The position numbers were made by a program, and so were the translations under genes. A DNA stretch of 64,000 nucleotides, from assembly GCA_965203355.1 (NCBI GenBank), contig OZ241889.1, forward strand, positions 1,600,001-1,664,000, read 5' to 3'. Of the stretch, positions 1 to 9,769 are shown in pieces. The stretch's first letter is position 1. The number at the start of each line of letters is the position of its first letter. The notes under the pieces were generated by a model. That model saw nothing but the letters and a program-made list of their open reading frames with translations, did not search any database and was not told the DNA's origin. Source of the DNA: Candidatus Latescibacterota bacterium (GTDB lineage: Bacteria > Latescibacterota > UBA2968 > UBA8231).

Positions 1-1564
1 CGGCTGTTTCTATTCTGAGAAAGAGGTCGCCATACGCCTCGCGCTGTTGTTCCTTGCCCCCGAAATATAACCGCCAAGGTGCTGGCGAGTACAACACGCG
101 CGCCCTGACCAGCCGATAGTATATCACGTCGGCTGGCGCGTCTTCCGGCTGGCGCACCAGCACTTGATAGCCTCGCTGCCGCAAGGTCTCGATTAGGGCG
201 TCCTCGACGACCCAATTAGCCTCGTTCTTGTCGTCTTCGGCCTGGAGGAAAAGCCGCGCCCCTAGCGGTAGGGGTAGGGCGTCCATTTGGTGGTCTAAGG
301 CGCGGACAAAGGCCTGATTGATCAACTGCAAGTCCGTAGGCGTTTGCCGGGCGCTGCCTCTGGTTTGGGCTGTTCCGCGCCACACCACGCGCACCGTGTT
401 CGCGCCGCGCAGGGGAATGAAGTGATCCCGCCCTGCGGGCTTACAGGCACTTTGCCAAGTAAAAGGCCCTGGACGCTGCGGCACCGCCTCGAGCGTTACT
501 TGGATCGCCGCGCCCGCGCTCAAGCTATCCAAGCCGCTCACCAGTAGGCTCGGTGCGGCTTCCTCGTCGCTGTGGACGAGGGCCGCGCCCGGCGGCCCTT
601 CCACCAAGGATACATCCGAGAATGCCGGCGCAACTTGCAGGCGCAGGGCGGCCAAGGCGATGGGGTCGGTGCTTTCGTTGCGCCAGGTACAAGTGATTGG
701 CCCGCGCTTGCCCACCTCCATAAACCCAGCTTCCACCGCCATCACAGGCAGTGGGTCCACCTGCAAGTGCTGGGTCGCCAAATCCACTGGGGTCTGGCCG
801 GATACTTGGGCCGCGACCGCCAAGGGTAGGGGGCCGAGGTGGGTCGGAGCCACGCGCACCGGCCAAGATAGGGTGTCGGCCTGCCCGGGGGCTAAGCGGC
901 CCGCCCAGCGCTGCGGCGCGTCGCCCGCTGGCCAGCTCAGTTCCGCTGGCCAAGCCCAGGTCAACTCTTCTAAGCGGCCCCCGGCCGCAGCGTCGAAGCG
1001 CACAATCGCCCGTAAGTCAAAGAGCTCGCCCTGATAGACGCGCGGCGGCTCAATGGACCACGAAATGGCTGGCGGAGGACGCACCGCTAAGTCGAATTCG
1101 ATCTGGTGGGCCGGGGTGCCTTGGGGGTCGAGCGAGGAGTGAATTGCCGCGGACCAGCCGATGGTGCCCAACTCAGCGGCCACTAGGTCGATATAGAGGG
1201 TGTCGATGTGTTCTCCGGCCAAGGGCCGCGCGGCATAGTCTATGGCTATGGACGCGGCCTCTAGCTGAGCCTTGCCCAGGGCCGAGCGGACGCTTTGCAA
1301 CTGGGCGTTGCCGAGGCACCGTAGGGCCGCGCTGACTATGGCTTCGCCATCGCCGGGGAAATAGTGCAAATAGAGGATAGGCTGCTGAGCCAACGCCGGC
1401 CCGGCCATCGCCGGTTGGTCTAGGCGCGCACTGAGCGTCGAGCGGGCACTCGCCGGCACCGCGGCCGCCCACAACGCGAGGATTACCCCGAGCCCGCGCC
1501 CATAACGGCCCACGCCCTTTCCGCCTGGAAGGGGATGCCTTCCTACTGCATTTTGGGTTGCCAT
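1..1564 (-). CDS. Hypothetical secreted protein (>520 aa), 3' end runs off the window
   Basis: Not in the ORF track because no stop lies inside the window. Hand translation from ATG 1564 is open to base 2 (MATQNAVGRH...GLGVILALWAAAVPASA...NWVVEDALIETLRQRGYQV...LFLRIETA). Signal-peptide-like N-terminus and a beta-rich, Ig-like middle. Confidence 0.8.
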   Translation of the reverse strand, partial: MATQNAVGRHPLPGGKGVGRYGRGLGVILALWAAAVPASARSTLSARLDQPAMAGPALAQQPILYLHYFPGDGEAIVSAALRCLGNAQLQSVRSALGKAQLEAASIAIDYAARPLAGEHIDTLYIDLVAAELGTIGWSAAIHSSLDPQGTPAHQIEFDLAVRPPPAISWSIEPPRVYQGELFDLRAIVRFDAAAGGRLEELTWAWPAELSWPAGDAPQRWAGRLAPGQADTLSWPVRVAPTHLGPLPLAVAAQVSGQTPVDLATQHLQVDPLPVMAVEAGFMEVGKRGPITCTWRNESTDPIALAALRLQVAPAFSDVSLVEGPPGAALVHSDEEAAPSLLVSGLDSLSAGAAIQVTLEAVPQRPGPFTWQSACKPAGRDHFIPLRGANTVRVVWRGTAQTRGSARQTPTDLQLINQAFVRALDHQMDALPLPLGARLFLQAEDDKNEANWVVEDALIETLRQRGYQVLVRQPEDAPADVIYYRLVRARVLYSPAPWRLYFGGKEQQREAYGDLFLRIETA

Positions 1565-1655
1565 TCGGTTCGCCCTTCGTCGCTATTGCCGCGTATTGGC
1601 CCCTTGAACAAAAAAAGCCTAACTCACTTTTTAACTGTAACTTACGTCTAATTCA

Positions 1656-1684
1656 AGCCTAACGTACTACCGGGGGGCTGTCAA
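1656..1684 (-). promoter_or_regulatory. Putative sigma70 promoter for the 1564 gene
   Basis: TTGACA (1684-1679), 17-bp spacer, TAGGCT (1661-1656) on the minus strand. Confidence 0.5.
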
Positions 1685-1922
1685 GGCAGTTTAGCCCCTA
1701 GCTGCATCCTTAGAAAGGCTTGACTGAACCTGTGTGCGCCGCTAGGTTGTACAACCCAGCACGCGGCATGTTAGACGCGCTGGGTTTGGCTGGAAATTCG
1801 TCTGTTTCGCGTTGGGTGTGTCCACTTTTTTCAAGGCTATACGGCCCTTTGTTCGCTGTCGTGCATCGTACCAGACGAGCAGGTTGGCATGCGGTGCGGC
1901 ATAAAAAGCCGCGCTCCTCTTC

Positions 1923-2558
1923 ATGCTAGACTGGCTATTACCCGCATTGGGCGCGTTGGGTGTGCTCGGCCTCGGTGCATTGTGCGCCCCTATGACTTTT
2001 GCCTTGCGCTGTCGGCGCGAGGTGCGGCCGGACTTTTGGGAATGGGGAGTGCGGCTGTCTTTTTTCTGGGGGGGGCTTGGGCTTGGGCTGCGCTGGGGCC
2101 CCAAGGGGCCGCGCATTGCACCCGTGCTCTTGGGCCAATGGCTCCCCTACCTGCCGTTGCGAACCCCGGCAAAGCACAGGCTAAGAGCACGGCGCCGAGC
2201 CAAGCGAGCGGCTGAGCCTAAAGCCAGTGAGCGGAATCTGCGTCGGCTTGTGCGGCTGTTGCTCGAGCCGAGCCTTAGGCTATTGGCGAGCCTACCGCGC
2301 ACTGTTCGGCTCAAAAAGCTGCGGATCCAAGGTCGTTTAGGATTTGCCGATCCGGCGCAAACCGGGCGGGTCTATGGCTATGTACAGGCGGTTGCCGCGC
2401 ACAAGGGAAAGGTACAGATAAACGTCAGCCCGGATTTTGTGCGGGCGGGGGCCTTTGGCCGCTTGGACTTGGTCGCTCATTTGCATTTGGGCTTGTTGAT
2501 TTTGCTCTTAGGGCGCTTTGGCTCACAGGTGGCATACCGCTTGTTGGCCGTGCGCTAG
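1923..2558 (+). CDS. DUF2953 (YtfI-like) membrane-anchored protein
   Basis: N-terminal hydrophobic anchor, GFADPAQTGRVYG motif, directly upstream of a ytfJ-like gene as in the known ytfI-ytfJ pair. Confidence 0.75.
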   Translation: MLDWLLPALGALGVLGLGALCAPMTFALRCRREVRPDFWEWGVRLSFFWGGLGLGLRWGPKGPRIAPVLLGQWLPYLPLRTPAKHRLRARRRAKRAAEPKASERNLRRLVRLLLEPSLRLLASLPRTVRLKKLRIQGRLGFADPAQTGRVYGYVQAVAAHKGKVQINVSPDFVRAGAFGRLDLVAHLHLGLLILLLGRFGSQVAYRLLAVR

Positions 2559-2645
2559 TGGTTAGTGGTCAGCCCACTCGACCCGGCCCATAAGGTGCGG
2601 GGTAAAATGGGAACGGGTCACCGGCCACCGGCCACCGGCCACTAA
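2556..2645. repeat. Heptamer-armed hairpin element, copy A
   Basis: TAGTGGTTAGTGGTCAG ... GGTCACCGGCCACCGGCCACCGGCCACTA; inverted 7-bp tandem arms around a unique core. Confidence 0.7.
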
Positions 2646-2664
2646 TTAAGTCGAGGAGTCTTTC

Positions 2665-3039
2665 ATGGCATCGTCCGTAGAATCCCTAGTCGAGCGCGTC
2701 TTGGGCGAGTTGCACCGCATCGTGCAAACCGAAACCGTCATCGGGCAGCCGTTTCAGTCCGGCGACTTGACTATTATTCCGGTATCGAAAATATCGTTTG
2801 GCTTTGGAGCCGGTGGGGGGCTGGAGGGCAAGGGACAGAGCGGGACGGGCGGTGGCGCGAACATCGAACCCATTGCCTTCCTCATCATCGATGCCGACGG
2901 CCGGGTACAGGTGGTGTCCATCGGCGATCAGGAGGCCGGTTGGAGTCAGATCCTCGCGCTAGTACCCGAAGCCATCGGCAAAATCAAGAGGTTCGTCAGC
3001 AAGAACAAAGAAAAAGACGCCGAGGCCGAGGCCGACTGA
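2665..3039 (+). CDS. ytfJ: GerW/YtfJ family protein
   Basis: TETVIGQP...IIPVSKISFGFGAGGG...GTGGGANIEPIAFL signature; GAGGAG Shine-Dalgarno (SD). Confidence 0.85.
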   Translation: MASSVESLVERVLGELHRIVQTETVIGQPFQSGDLTIIPVSKISFGFGAGGGLEGKGQSGTGGGANIEPIAFLIIDADGRVQVVSIGDQEAGWSQILALVPEAIGKIKRFVSKNKEKDAEAEAD

Positions 3040-3063
3040 GGTGAGCGGCCAACGATCAGTCTC

Positions 3064-3250
3064 CAGTCCCAATCCCCTCGTCTCTATGTGCAGAGATTGA
3101 CCATACCCTATGGTGATCCACGATCGCCGTATAAATCCTCGGCTCTATGTGCAAGGACTGACCCTTGGCCAATCAGTGGCCGGTGGCCAGTCTCCGCACC
3201 ACAACACCCTACGAGCGGATGGGACTGGCCACTGACCACTGACCACCAAC
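3064..3250. repeat. Cluster of hairpin/heptamer repeats between convergent genes: copy B plus two degenerate direct repeats
   Basis: CCTCG(T/G)CTCTATGTGCA..GA(T/C)TGACC at 3076 and 3137. 3166-3250 is the reverse-complement homologue of the 78-bp units at 38647-38802. Confidence 0.75.
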
Positions 3251-3254
3251 CTTC

Positions 3255-3776
3255 TCAGTGGTGATCTTGGCTGGTGGGGAACACCTTGAAGCGCCCGTCT
3301 AGCAACAGGTGGGTGTACCAGCCGACAATGCCGGCCACAAAGAACACCACGTGCCCTTCGAGCAGGGCGTGTACGTTGTCCCAGCTAAATTCTCCGAGAA
3401 AAGCCTGCCGCGCCCGCCAGTATTCGTAGCTAGTGCCCAACACCCCTACAGTGAGGAACGGGCTGATCTTCCAGTGCGTCCAGCCCCGGTGGTGATCCAA
3501 AAGCGGTAGGACGCACAAGAGGCCCACGACCGTCGCTAATTCGTATTGCTCGGTCCAGCCCAGATAGAGCAAGACGCAGAAGACGCCGCGGAAAAACCAC
3601 CGCTGCGCCACCGAAGCTGTGTCTAGATCGGGAAAGAGAGAAAAAAATAGCGCAGTGCCGACGATAGCGGCTTGGGTCGCTAGGTCGTCGGGCGCGACAG
3701 AGCCGAAGGAAACCGCGCCTATCGCTACTCCGGTCCCGGCGACGACCCCGCCCAAGACATGGCCTTTGAAGTTCAC
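3255..3776 (-). CDS. Inner-membrane metal-dependent hydrolase (YdjM-like)
   Basis: GTG start gives MNFKGH; SLFPDLD, HRGWTHW and GWYTHLLLD motifs. Confidence 0.8.
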   Translation of the reverse strand: MNFKGHVLGGVVAGTGVAIGAVSFGSVAPDDLATQAAIVGTALFFSLFPDLDTASVAQRWFFRGVFCVLLYLGWTEQYELATVVGLLCVLPLLDHHRGWTHWKISPFLTVGVLGTSYEYWRARQAFLGEFSWDNVHALLEGHVVFFVAGIVGWYTHLLLDGRFKVFPTSQDHH

Positions 3777-3786
3777 GATCGCCCGC

Positions 3787-4833
3787 TCATTTTTTGGGCT
3801 GGTAGTAGAGTTGGCCGCAGGCCGCGTCAATGTCCCGCCCGCGGCTGTGGCGGACGGTGAACTCGACGCCGCAGCCGCTGAGCACTTGGTAGAACTGCGC
3901 TAGGCGCTGCCGGGTTGGCCGGCGGAAGCGACGGTCTGTTGTCTCGTTGTAGGGTATGAGGTTGATCTTGCAGGGAATGTCGCGGGTCAGTTCGGCCAGC
4001 CGCTGTGCGTCGGCGTCCGCATCGGTCAACCCGGCCATGAGCACGTACTCAAAGGTGACGCCATAGCCGCGCCCGGCAAAAAATTCGCGGGCGACCGCCA
4101 AGAGGTCGTCGATCTTGTACTTGCGGTTGATGGGCATGAGCTGTTCGCGCATTGCGTCGGTCGTGGCGTTGAGCGAAATGGCCAACCCCACGTTGAGATC
4201 TTCGGCCATGAGCCGGCGGATACCCGGAATGTAACCCGCCGTAGATACCGTGATTTTCCGCCCCCCCAACCCAAGACCTTCCTTTAAGCGCATCAGCTTT
4301 AGCGCGCGCGCCACCGCCGAGTAGTTGAGCAGCGGCTCGCCCATGCCCATCATCACCACATTGGTCACCCGCTCGCCCCGCTCGCGGGCGAACTGGTTGA
4401 CCTGCAAGAGCTGATCGACGATCTGCCCGGCTTCGAGGTTGGCGATCAGCCCCATCTGTCCGGTGGCGCAGAATTTGCAGTCGAGCGGACAGCCCACTTG
4501 CGACGACAGACAGGCCGTGCGCCGAGTGCCATCGGCGATCAGCACGGACTCGATCCGCTGCCCAGAAGGCAGCTCAAAGAGAAATTTGACCGCTTCGCCC
4601 GTGGTTGATTCTCGACGCTGGACGAGGTGCAGACAAGTAATGCGCGTGCGCTCGGCGAGCTTTTGCCGCAAAATTTTGGAGAGATTGGTCATCTCCCGGA
4701 CATCGCGCACCCCCTGGGCGTAGAGCCAAGCAAAAATTTGACGGGTGCGGTACGCGGGTTCGTCGAGCTCGGCGACGAGCTGATCGAGCTCGACGGGCAG
4801 CATGGCTTTTAGGTCGTAGCGCGGACTAACCAC
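3787..4833 (-). CDS. rlmN: Dual-specificity 23S rRNA/tRNA methyltransferase RlmN
   Basis: Radical-SAM CPLDCKFC, MGMGEPLLN and C-terminal DIDAACGQL. Confidence 0.96.
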   Translation of the reverse strand: MVSPRYDLKAMLPVELDQLVAELDEPAYRTRQIFAWLYAQGVRDVREMTNLSKILRQKLAERTRITCLHLVQRRESTTGEAVKFLFELPSGQRIESVLIADGTRRTACLSSQVGCPLDCKFCATGQMGLIANLEAGQIVDQLLQVNQFARERGERVTNVVMMGMGEPLLNYSAVARALKLMRLKEGLGLGGRKITVSTAGYIPGIRRLMAEDLNVGLAISLNATTDAMREQLMPINRKYKIDDLLAVAREFFAGRGYGVTFEYVLMAGLTDADADAQRLAELTRDIPCKINLIPYNETTDRRFRRPTRQRLAQFYQVLSGCGVEFTVRHSRGRDIDAACGQLYYQPKK

Positions 4834-4844
4834 CTTAAAAGTCC

Positions 4845-4897
4845 TTGACGATTAAATGGCAAAGTATATATGTTAAAAGTTTGTCGGTATTGGTCAA
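4845..4897. promoter_or_regulatory. Overlapping divergent sigma70-like promoters (rlmN and M23 gene)
   Basis: Plus strand TTGACG (4845), 18 bp, TATGTT; minus strand TTGACC, 16 bp, TAACAT; AT-rich spacer. Confidence 0.4.
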
Positions 4898-4952
4898 CGG
4901 TTCCCCAACCGTTGTCAGCCCCTAGTTTCTACCCACATACAAATTTTAGCAT

Positions 4953-6278
4953 ATGCGATTCGGATCTGCCATCAGGCTCTGGGGCATCCTATTGAGTATT
5001 TTTGCGCTTATGGCACTGCGCTTGGGGATGCACTCTCAGTCCTCGGCTGCCACAGCCACCCACCCCGAGGAGGAAACGCCCTTTGTGGCCTTTGTTTCGG
5101 CCGCGGCGGCAACCCCCTTTGTCGGCCCCCCAATTCCGCCCCCGCCCGACGGTCCCACGCGAAAAATTGCCGCCGAACTGCGTCCCGGGGATTCCATTGA
5201 CCGCTTGCTCAAGCAGCACGCGGTCCCGAGCAGCCAGTTGGAACGGCTGTACAAAGCACTGTACGCGGTTTTCGATCCCGCACACGTCAAGGCGGGCGAC
5301 TACTGCGAGGTCGCACTGGACACCAGCAACGCCATTCGCCGCTTCTGCTACACGCCTCACCGCACCCCAGATCGCCCGGTTGAGGTGAGATTGCACGACG
5401 GTCGGTTTGTCGCTCGCCAGTTGCAGCTACCGCTGGAGCGACGGGTCGAGCGGCTCGAGGTGCGGATTGAGAACAACCTCTCCAACGCCATCAGGGCCGC
5501 CGGGGAGGGCAGCGCGCTCAGCGACGTGATCGCCGACGACATATTTGGTGCCGTCATCGACTTCCAGCGGGACCCGCGGCGCGGCGATCGGCTAGGGGTG
5601 GTCTTTGAAAAGCTCTACATCGACGAGGACTTCGTCCGCTACGGCGATGTACTGTTGGCGCGCTACGAAGGCGAACGAGTGACCGAGTTGGCGGTCCGCT
5701 ATGCTGCCACCGAGGGGGAGGACGCCTATTACAACGCCAGCGGTCGCTCCCTTGGCCGGATGTTCGTACTCAAGCCCCTCGGCGTCAATCGCATCACCTC
5801 TCGCTTCAACCGCCAACGCTTTCATCCCATTCTCAAAAAGCAGCGTCCCCACCTAGGTACGGACTACGGTGCGCCGACCGGCACTTGGGTGTGGACGACC
5901 GCCGTCGGACAGGTCGCGTTCGCTGGCTGGAAAGGCGGTTACGGCAAATTGGTCGAAATCGTCCATGCCAATGGCTATCGCACCCGCTACGCGCACCTGA
6001 GCAAGATATTGGTTCGCGAGGGGCAGCACGTAGAGCAAAAAGAGATCATCGGCAAGGTCGGTTCCACCGGACTCTCGACCGCCTCCCACCTGCACTACGA
6101 AATCATCAAGAACGGCCACCACATCAATCCCGAACTCATCAACAGAGACCACGCCGCCCCAATCCTAGCGGACGATTTGTTGCCCGACTTTGTCCGCCAG
6201 CGCGACGCGCTCTTGCACGTCCTCGATCTTGGCCCGCGCCCTTGGCGTTATGCCTCGACCCCGACATCCGCGCCCTAG
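4953..6278 (+). CDS. M23 family peptidoglycan DD-endopeptidase (MepM-like)
   Basis: HLGTDYGA, YAHLS and HLHYE zinc motifs; N-terminal TM segment. Confidence 0.92.
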   Translation: MRFGSAIRLWGILLSIFALMALRLGMHSQSSAATATHPEEETPFVAFVSAAAATPFVGPPIPPPPDGPTRKIAAELRPGDSIDRLLKQHAVPSSQLERLYKALYAVFDPAHVKAGDYCEVALDTSNAIRRFCYTPHRTPDRPVEVRLHDGRFVARQLQLPLERRVERLEVRIENNLSNAIRAAGEGSALSDVIADDIFGAVIDFQRDPRRGDRLGVVFEKLYIDEDFVRYGDVLLARYEGERVTELAVRYAATEGEDAYYNASGRSLGRMFVLKPLGVNRITSRFNRQRFHPILKKQRPHLGTDYGAPTGTWVWTTAVGQVAFAGWKGGYGKLVEIVHANGYRTRYAHLSKILVREGQHVEQKEIIGKVGSTGLSTASHLHYEIIKNGHHINPELINRDHAAPILADDLLPDFVRQRDALLHVLDLGPRPWRYASTPTSAP

Positions 6279-6305
6279 TTTTATTGGCCTTATCGACCTT
6301 TTTCG

Positions 6306-6713
6306 ATGGAAACAAAAACGCTGCAAGAAATCGAAAATCTGGCCGAGCGCGACGGGCGCTATAAGAGCGAGGCGTACTTTTTTGTGTACGATGCGCTAGG
6401 ATACACAGTGCAAGAGCTCGGCAAGAACACGGGGACCTTGAGCGAAGAGAAGCGACACATCTCCGGGCGGGATCTGCTCTTTGGCATCAGCGAGTACAGC
6501 GTCGATCAATTTGGGCCGCTCACGCGCTCGGTCTTTGCCCACTGGGGCATTGAGCAAACGCGCGATTTTGGCGAGATTGTCTTCAACTTGGTCCATGCGA
6601 ATTTGCTGAGCAAGACAGCCGAGGATCGGATTGAAGATTTCATCGATGTGTACGATTTTGCCGAGGAGTTCGACTGGAAGAAGCGCAAGGCCGATCTCAA
6701 GCGCCTGCCTTGA
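6306..6713 (+). CDS. Minf_1886 family protein (uncharacterised)
   Basis: DGRY..EAYFFV, RHISGRDL, FGPL...VF.HWGI..TRDFGEIVFNLV, EDRIEDF pattern. Confidence 0.8.
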   Translation: METKTLQEIENLAERDGRYKSEAYFFVYDALGYTVQELGKNTGTLSEEKRHISGRDLLFGISEYSVDQFGPLTRSVFAHWGIEQTRDFGEIVFNLVHANLLSKTAEDRIEDFIDVYDFAEEFDWKKRKADLKRLP

Positions 6714-6728
6714 GCGCGGGACGCGAAG

Positions 6729-7940
6729 ATGAAGATCGCCTACTTCGACTGCTTCTCTGGTATCAGCGGCGACATGATCTTGGGTGCCTTGCTCGACGCG
6801 GGTCTCTCGCTAGCGGACCTCAACCGAGAAATTGCCAAACTGGGCGTCGAGGGCGTCGCCATTGAACGCGAATCCACCGCCCGACACGCCATTGCCGCCA
6901 CCCGCGCCAAGGTCTGCGCGGCGGGTGCGCCGTTGGCCGACGCTGAACACCATCTCGACCTGTCTGGCGCGCCCGCGCCCGCGCACCCCCACGCCCACCT
7001 CAAAGACATCACCAGCCGCATTGCCGCTAGCCGCTTAGACGCCGTCGTCAAGGAGCGCTCCATCCGCATCTTTGAGCGCCTGTGCGCCGCCGAAGCCGAG
7101 GTACACAATGCCACGTCCGCCGAAGTCGCTCTGCACGAAGTGGGGGCCCTCGACGCCCTGATAGACGTAGTGGGGGCCGTGGCCGGTCTCCAACTCTTGG
7201 AGGTCGACGAGGTTTGCGCTTCGCCGCTGCGCTTTGGCACGGGCTTTGTGCGCTGTGTACACGGGTGCTATCCAGTGCCGGTGCCCGGCGTTTTGGCGCT
7301 CTGCCGCGACGTGCCGACCGAACAGACCGATATCCGCGCCGAGCTCGTCACCCCGACCGGGGCCGCGATCATCACCACCTTAGCTCGTTCTTTTGGGCCG
7401 CAGCCGCCCTTTTGCCAACAGGCCGTCGGCTATGGTGCGGGTCGCCGCGATTTAGAGGCCATCCCCAATCTCTTGCGCCTGCGCTTGGGCGAGCGCGCAC
7501 CGGCCAGCGAGCGCGCCCTGCTGATCGAAGCTAACATCGACGATATGAATCCAGAAGTGTACGGCTACCTCTTCGATCGGCTGCTAGCGCAGGGCGCGTA
7601 CGACGTGTACGCCACGCCGGTCCTGATGAAAAAGGGCCGCCCCGGCAACGTGCTCAGCGTCCTCGCTCCGGCGGGCCGCCTGGACGAGCTCGCCGCGCTC
7701 GTCCTGCGAGAAACAACGACCATCGGCCTGCGCTACTACGGAGTGGAACGCCGCGTCTTGGAACGCCAGATCCGCGCTGTTGCCACGCCGTACGGGGAGG
7801 TCAACGTCAAGTTTAGCTATCTGGACGGCCGCGGCCGGGTCGCTCCTGAATACGAGGATTGTGCGCGGCTAGCCCAACAGCACCAAGTGCCCTTGCTCTC
7901 CGTATATGAGGCCGCTCGGGCGGCCGCTATCAAGGAGTGA
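6729..7940 (+). CDS. larC: Nickel pincer cofactor biosynthesis protein LarC
   Basis: YFDCFSGISGDMILGALLD, HEVGALDALID, ELVTPTGAA, EANIDDM, ETTTIG, PEYEDC motifs and a His-rich segment. Confidence 0.93.
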   Translation: MKIAYFDCFSGISGDMILGALLDAGLSLADLNREIAKLGVEGVAIERESTARHAIAATRAKVCAAGAPLADAEHHLDLSGAPAPAHPHAHLKDITSRIAASRLDAVVKERSIRIFERLCAAEAEVHNATSAEVALHEVGALDALIDVVGAVAGLQLLEVDEVCASPLRFGTGFVRCVHGCYPVPVPGVLALCRDVPTEQTDIRAELVTPTGAAIITTLARSFGPQPPFCQQAVGYGAGRRDLEAIPNLLRLRLGERAPASERALLIEANIDDMNPEVYGYLFDRLLAQGAYDVYATPVLMKKGRPGNVLSVLAPAGRLDELAALVLRETTTIGLRYYGVERRVLERQIRAVATPYGEVNVKFSYLDGRGRVAPEYEDCARLAQQHQVPLLSVYEAARAAAIKE

Positions 7941-7947
7941 TGACCTT

Positions 7948-8700
7948 ATGTTGCGATTGATTTTATGCGCGTTATGGCTGGTCCCGCTGTCGAGCCAAGC
8001 GGCGGAATGGCCCGCTTATAACGGCGACCTAGACGAATTCGACAGTATCCAGCACTTGCCGCCGGGCGAAGGCCCAGACCGCCTCGTGCTCGGCGACAAC
8101 GATGGCCGGCTTCACGTCTATGAAGAGCGCGACGGCACCTATGTCGAAGTATGGGACAGCGACTATCTCGAAGGGGCTGTGGCCGGCGTGTTCGTCCTCG
8201 ACATCAACGACGATCAGCTCGACGAGATCGTCGCATATACCGACCACGGTCGCGTGTATTACTTCGACTCGCAGGACTACGCGCTGCTGTGGAGTAGCTC
8301 GCCCAATGAATACGCCCGCATTACCAGCCTGACCATCGGCGATATTGACGATGACCCCCAGCCCGAGCTCGTGTTCTGCGCCGATGGCCGCTTGGTCGTG
8401 TACGATGGCCGCGACCAGTACGAGCAGTGGCGCAGCGACCAAACCGACTTGACGGCCCATCAGATACTCATCGGCGACGTAGATGGCGACGACGAAGACG
8501 AGATCGTGCTCAACGACGGCTACGTGTTCGACGCCCGCTTTTTCGACTTGGAGTGGAAGGCACCTTGGCCTTTTGGCGAGCGCATGGGCCTGCTCGATCT
8601 CGACGAAGACCAGATTCCAGAAGTCATCGGCGAATTTCAGGGCCGCTATCTGCGCATCTTTGACATTGATCTCCGGCGGGAAAAGTCGCTCAGCCGCTAG
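7948..8700 (+). CDS. Secreted FG-GAP/VCBS repeat protein
   Basis: Signal peptide; repeated DINDDQLDEIV, GDIDDDPQPELV, GDVDGDDEDEIV calcium-blade motifs. Confidence 0.8.
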   Translation: MLRLILCALWLVPLSSQAAEWPAYNGDLDEFDSIQHLPPGEGPDRLVLGDNDGRLHVYEERDGTYVEVWDSDYLEGAVAGVFVLDINDDQLDEIVAYTDHGRVYYFDSQDYALLWSSSPNEYARITSLTIGDIDDDPQPELVFCADGRLVVYDGRDQYEQWRSDQTDLTAHQILIGDVDGDDEDEIVLNDGYVFDARFFDLEWKAPWPFGERMGLLDLDEDQIPEVIGEFQGRYLRIFDIDLRREKSLSR

Positions 8701-8710
8701 CGGCCCGGCC

Positions 8711-8740
8711 TTGACACCTAAGCAACGGCCAGCGTATATA
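8711..8740 (+). promoter_or_regulatory. Putative sigma70 promoter for the isomerase-dppAB unit
   Basis: TTGACA (8711), 18 bp, TATATA; AAGGAG SD before ATG 8778. Confidence 0.55.
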
Positions 8741-8777
8741 CTCCCTTTCATCCCAACACCAACAAGGAGCGATTGCA

Positions 8778-9767
8778 ATGCGACCTGTCACCCTCTTTAC
8801 TGGCCAGTGGGCCGACCTGCCTATTGAGACTCTCTGCCAACAGGCCGTCGAGTTTGGCTACGATGGCTTGGAACTGGCCTGCTGGGGAGACCACTTTGAG
8901 GTTGACCGAGCCACAGATGCCTATTGCCAGGCCAAGCGCGAACTGCTCGCAAAATGCGATCTAGCGCTGTTTTCCATTTCCAATCACCTCGTCGGCCAAG
9001 CCGTGTGCGACCCCATCGACAGCCGCCACCAAGCCATCCTGCCCCCGCGCATCTTCGGCGATGGCGATCCAGAGGGGGTGCGCCAGCGCGCCGCCCAAGA
9101 AATGATCGCCACGGGACAAGCGGCCGCCCGGCTCGGGGTTGACGTGGTCAACGGCTTTACTGGCTCGTCGATTTGGCACCTGCTCTATTCATTCCCGCCG
9201 GTATCTCCCAGCATGATCGAGGCTGGGTACGCGGATTTTGCCGCGCGCTGGAAACCTATACTCGACCAATACCAAGCCCTCGGCGTCAAGTTTGCGCTGG
9301 AGGTCCACCCCACGGAAATCGCCTTTGACATGGCCTCGGCCGAACGCGCCATTCAAGCACTCGACGGCCATCCGGCCTTTGGCTTCAACTACGATCCCAG
9401 CCACCTCGGCTATCAGGGCGTGGACTACGTCGAGTTCATTTACCGATTCAGCGACCGCATTTTTCACGTCCACATGAAGGACGTAGGCTGGTCTGCGACG
9501 CCGACCGAGGCCGGGGTTTTTGGCGGGCACACCGAGTTCGGCGACCGTCGGCGCTATTGGGACTTCCGCTCGTTGGGCCGCGGCAACATTGACTTTGAGG
9601 AAATCATCCGCGCGCTCAATCGCATCAACTACCAAGGCCCGCTGTCGGTCGAATGGGAAGACAGCGGCATGGATCGCGTCCACGGCGCGACCGAAGCGGC
9701 CGCCTTCGTCAAGCAGGTCGATTTTCCGCCTTCGGACATGGCCTTTGACGCGGCGTTTGAGGACTAG
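8778..9767 (+). CDS. Sugar phosphate isomerase/epimerase family protein (xylose-isomerase-like TIM barrel)
   Basis: [40 protein letters not shown]. Confidence 0.9.
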   Translation: MRPVTLFTGQWADLPIETLCQQAVEFGYDGLELACWGDHFEVDRATDAYCQAKRELLAKCDLALFSISNHLVGQAVCDPIDSRHQAILPPRIFGDGDPEGVRQRAAQEMIATGQAAARLGVDVVNGFTGSSIWHLLYSFPPVSPSMIEAGYADFAARWKPILDQYQALGVKFALEVHPTEIAFDMASAERAIQALDGHPAFGFNYDPSHLGYQGVDYVEFIYRFSDRIFHVHMKDVGWSATPTEAGVFGGHTEFGDRRRYWDFRSLGRGNIDFEEIIRALNRINYQGPLSVEWEDSGMDRVHGATEAAAFVKQVDFPPSDMAFDAAFED

Positions 9768-9769
9768 CG

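Noticed and set aside
344-1472. Several short ORFs listed at the left edge
   Set aside because: The region is better explained by one uninterrupted minus-strand frame from 1564 that the track missed because it has no stop inside the window.
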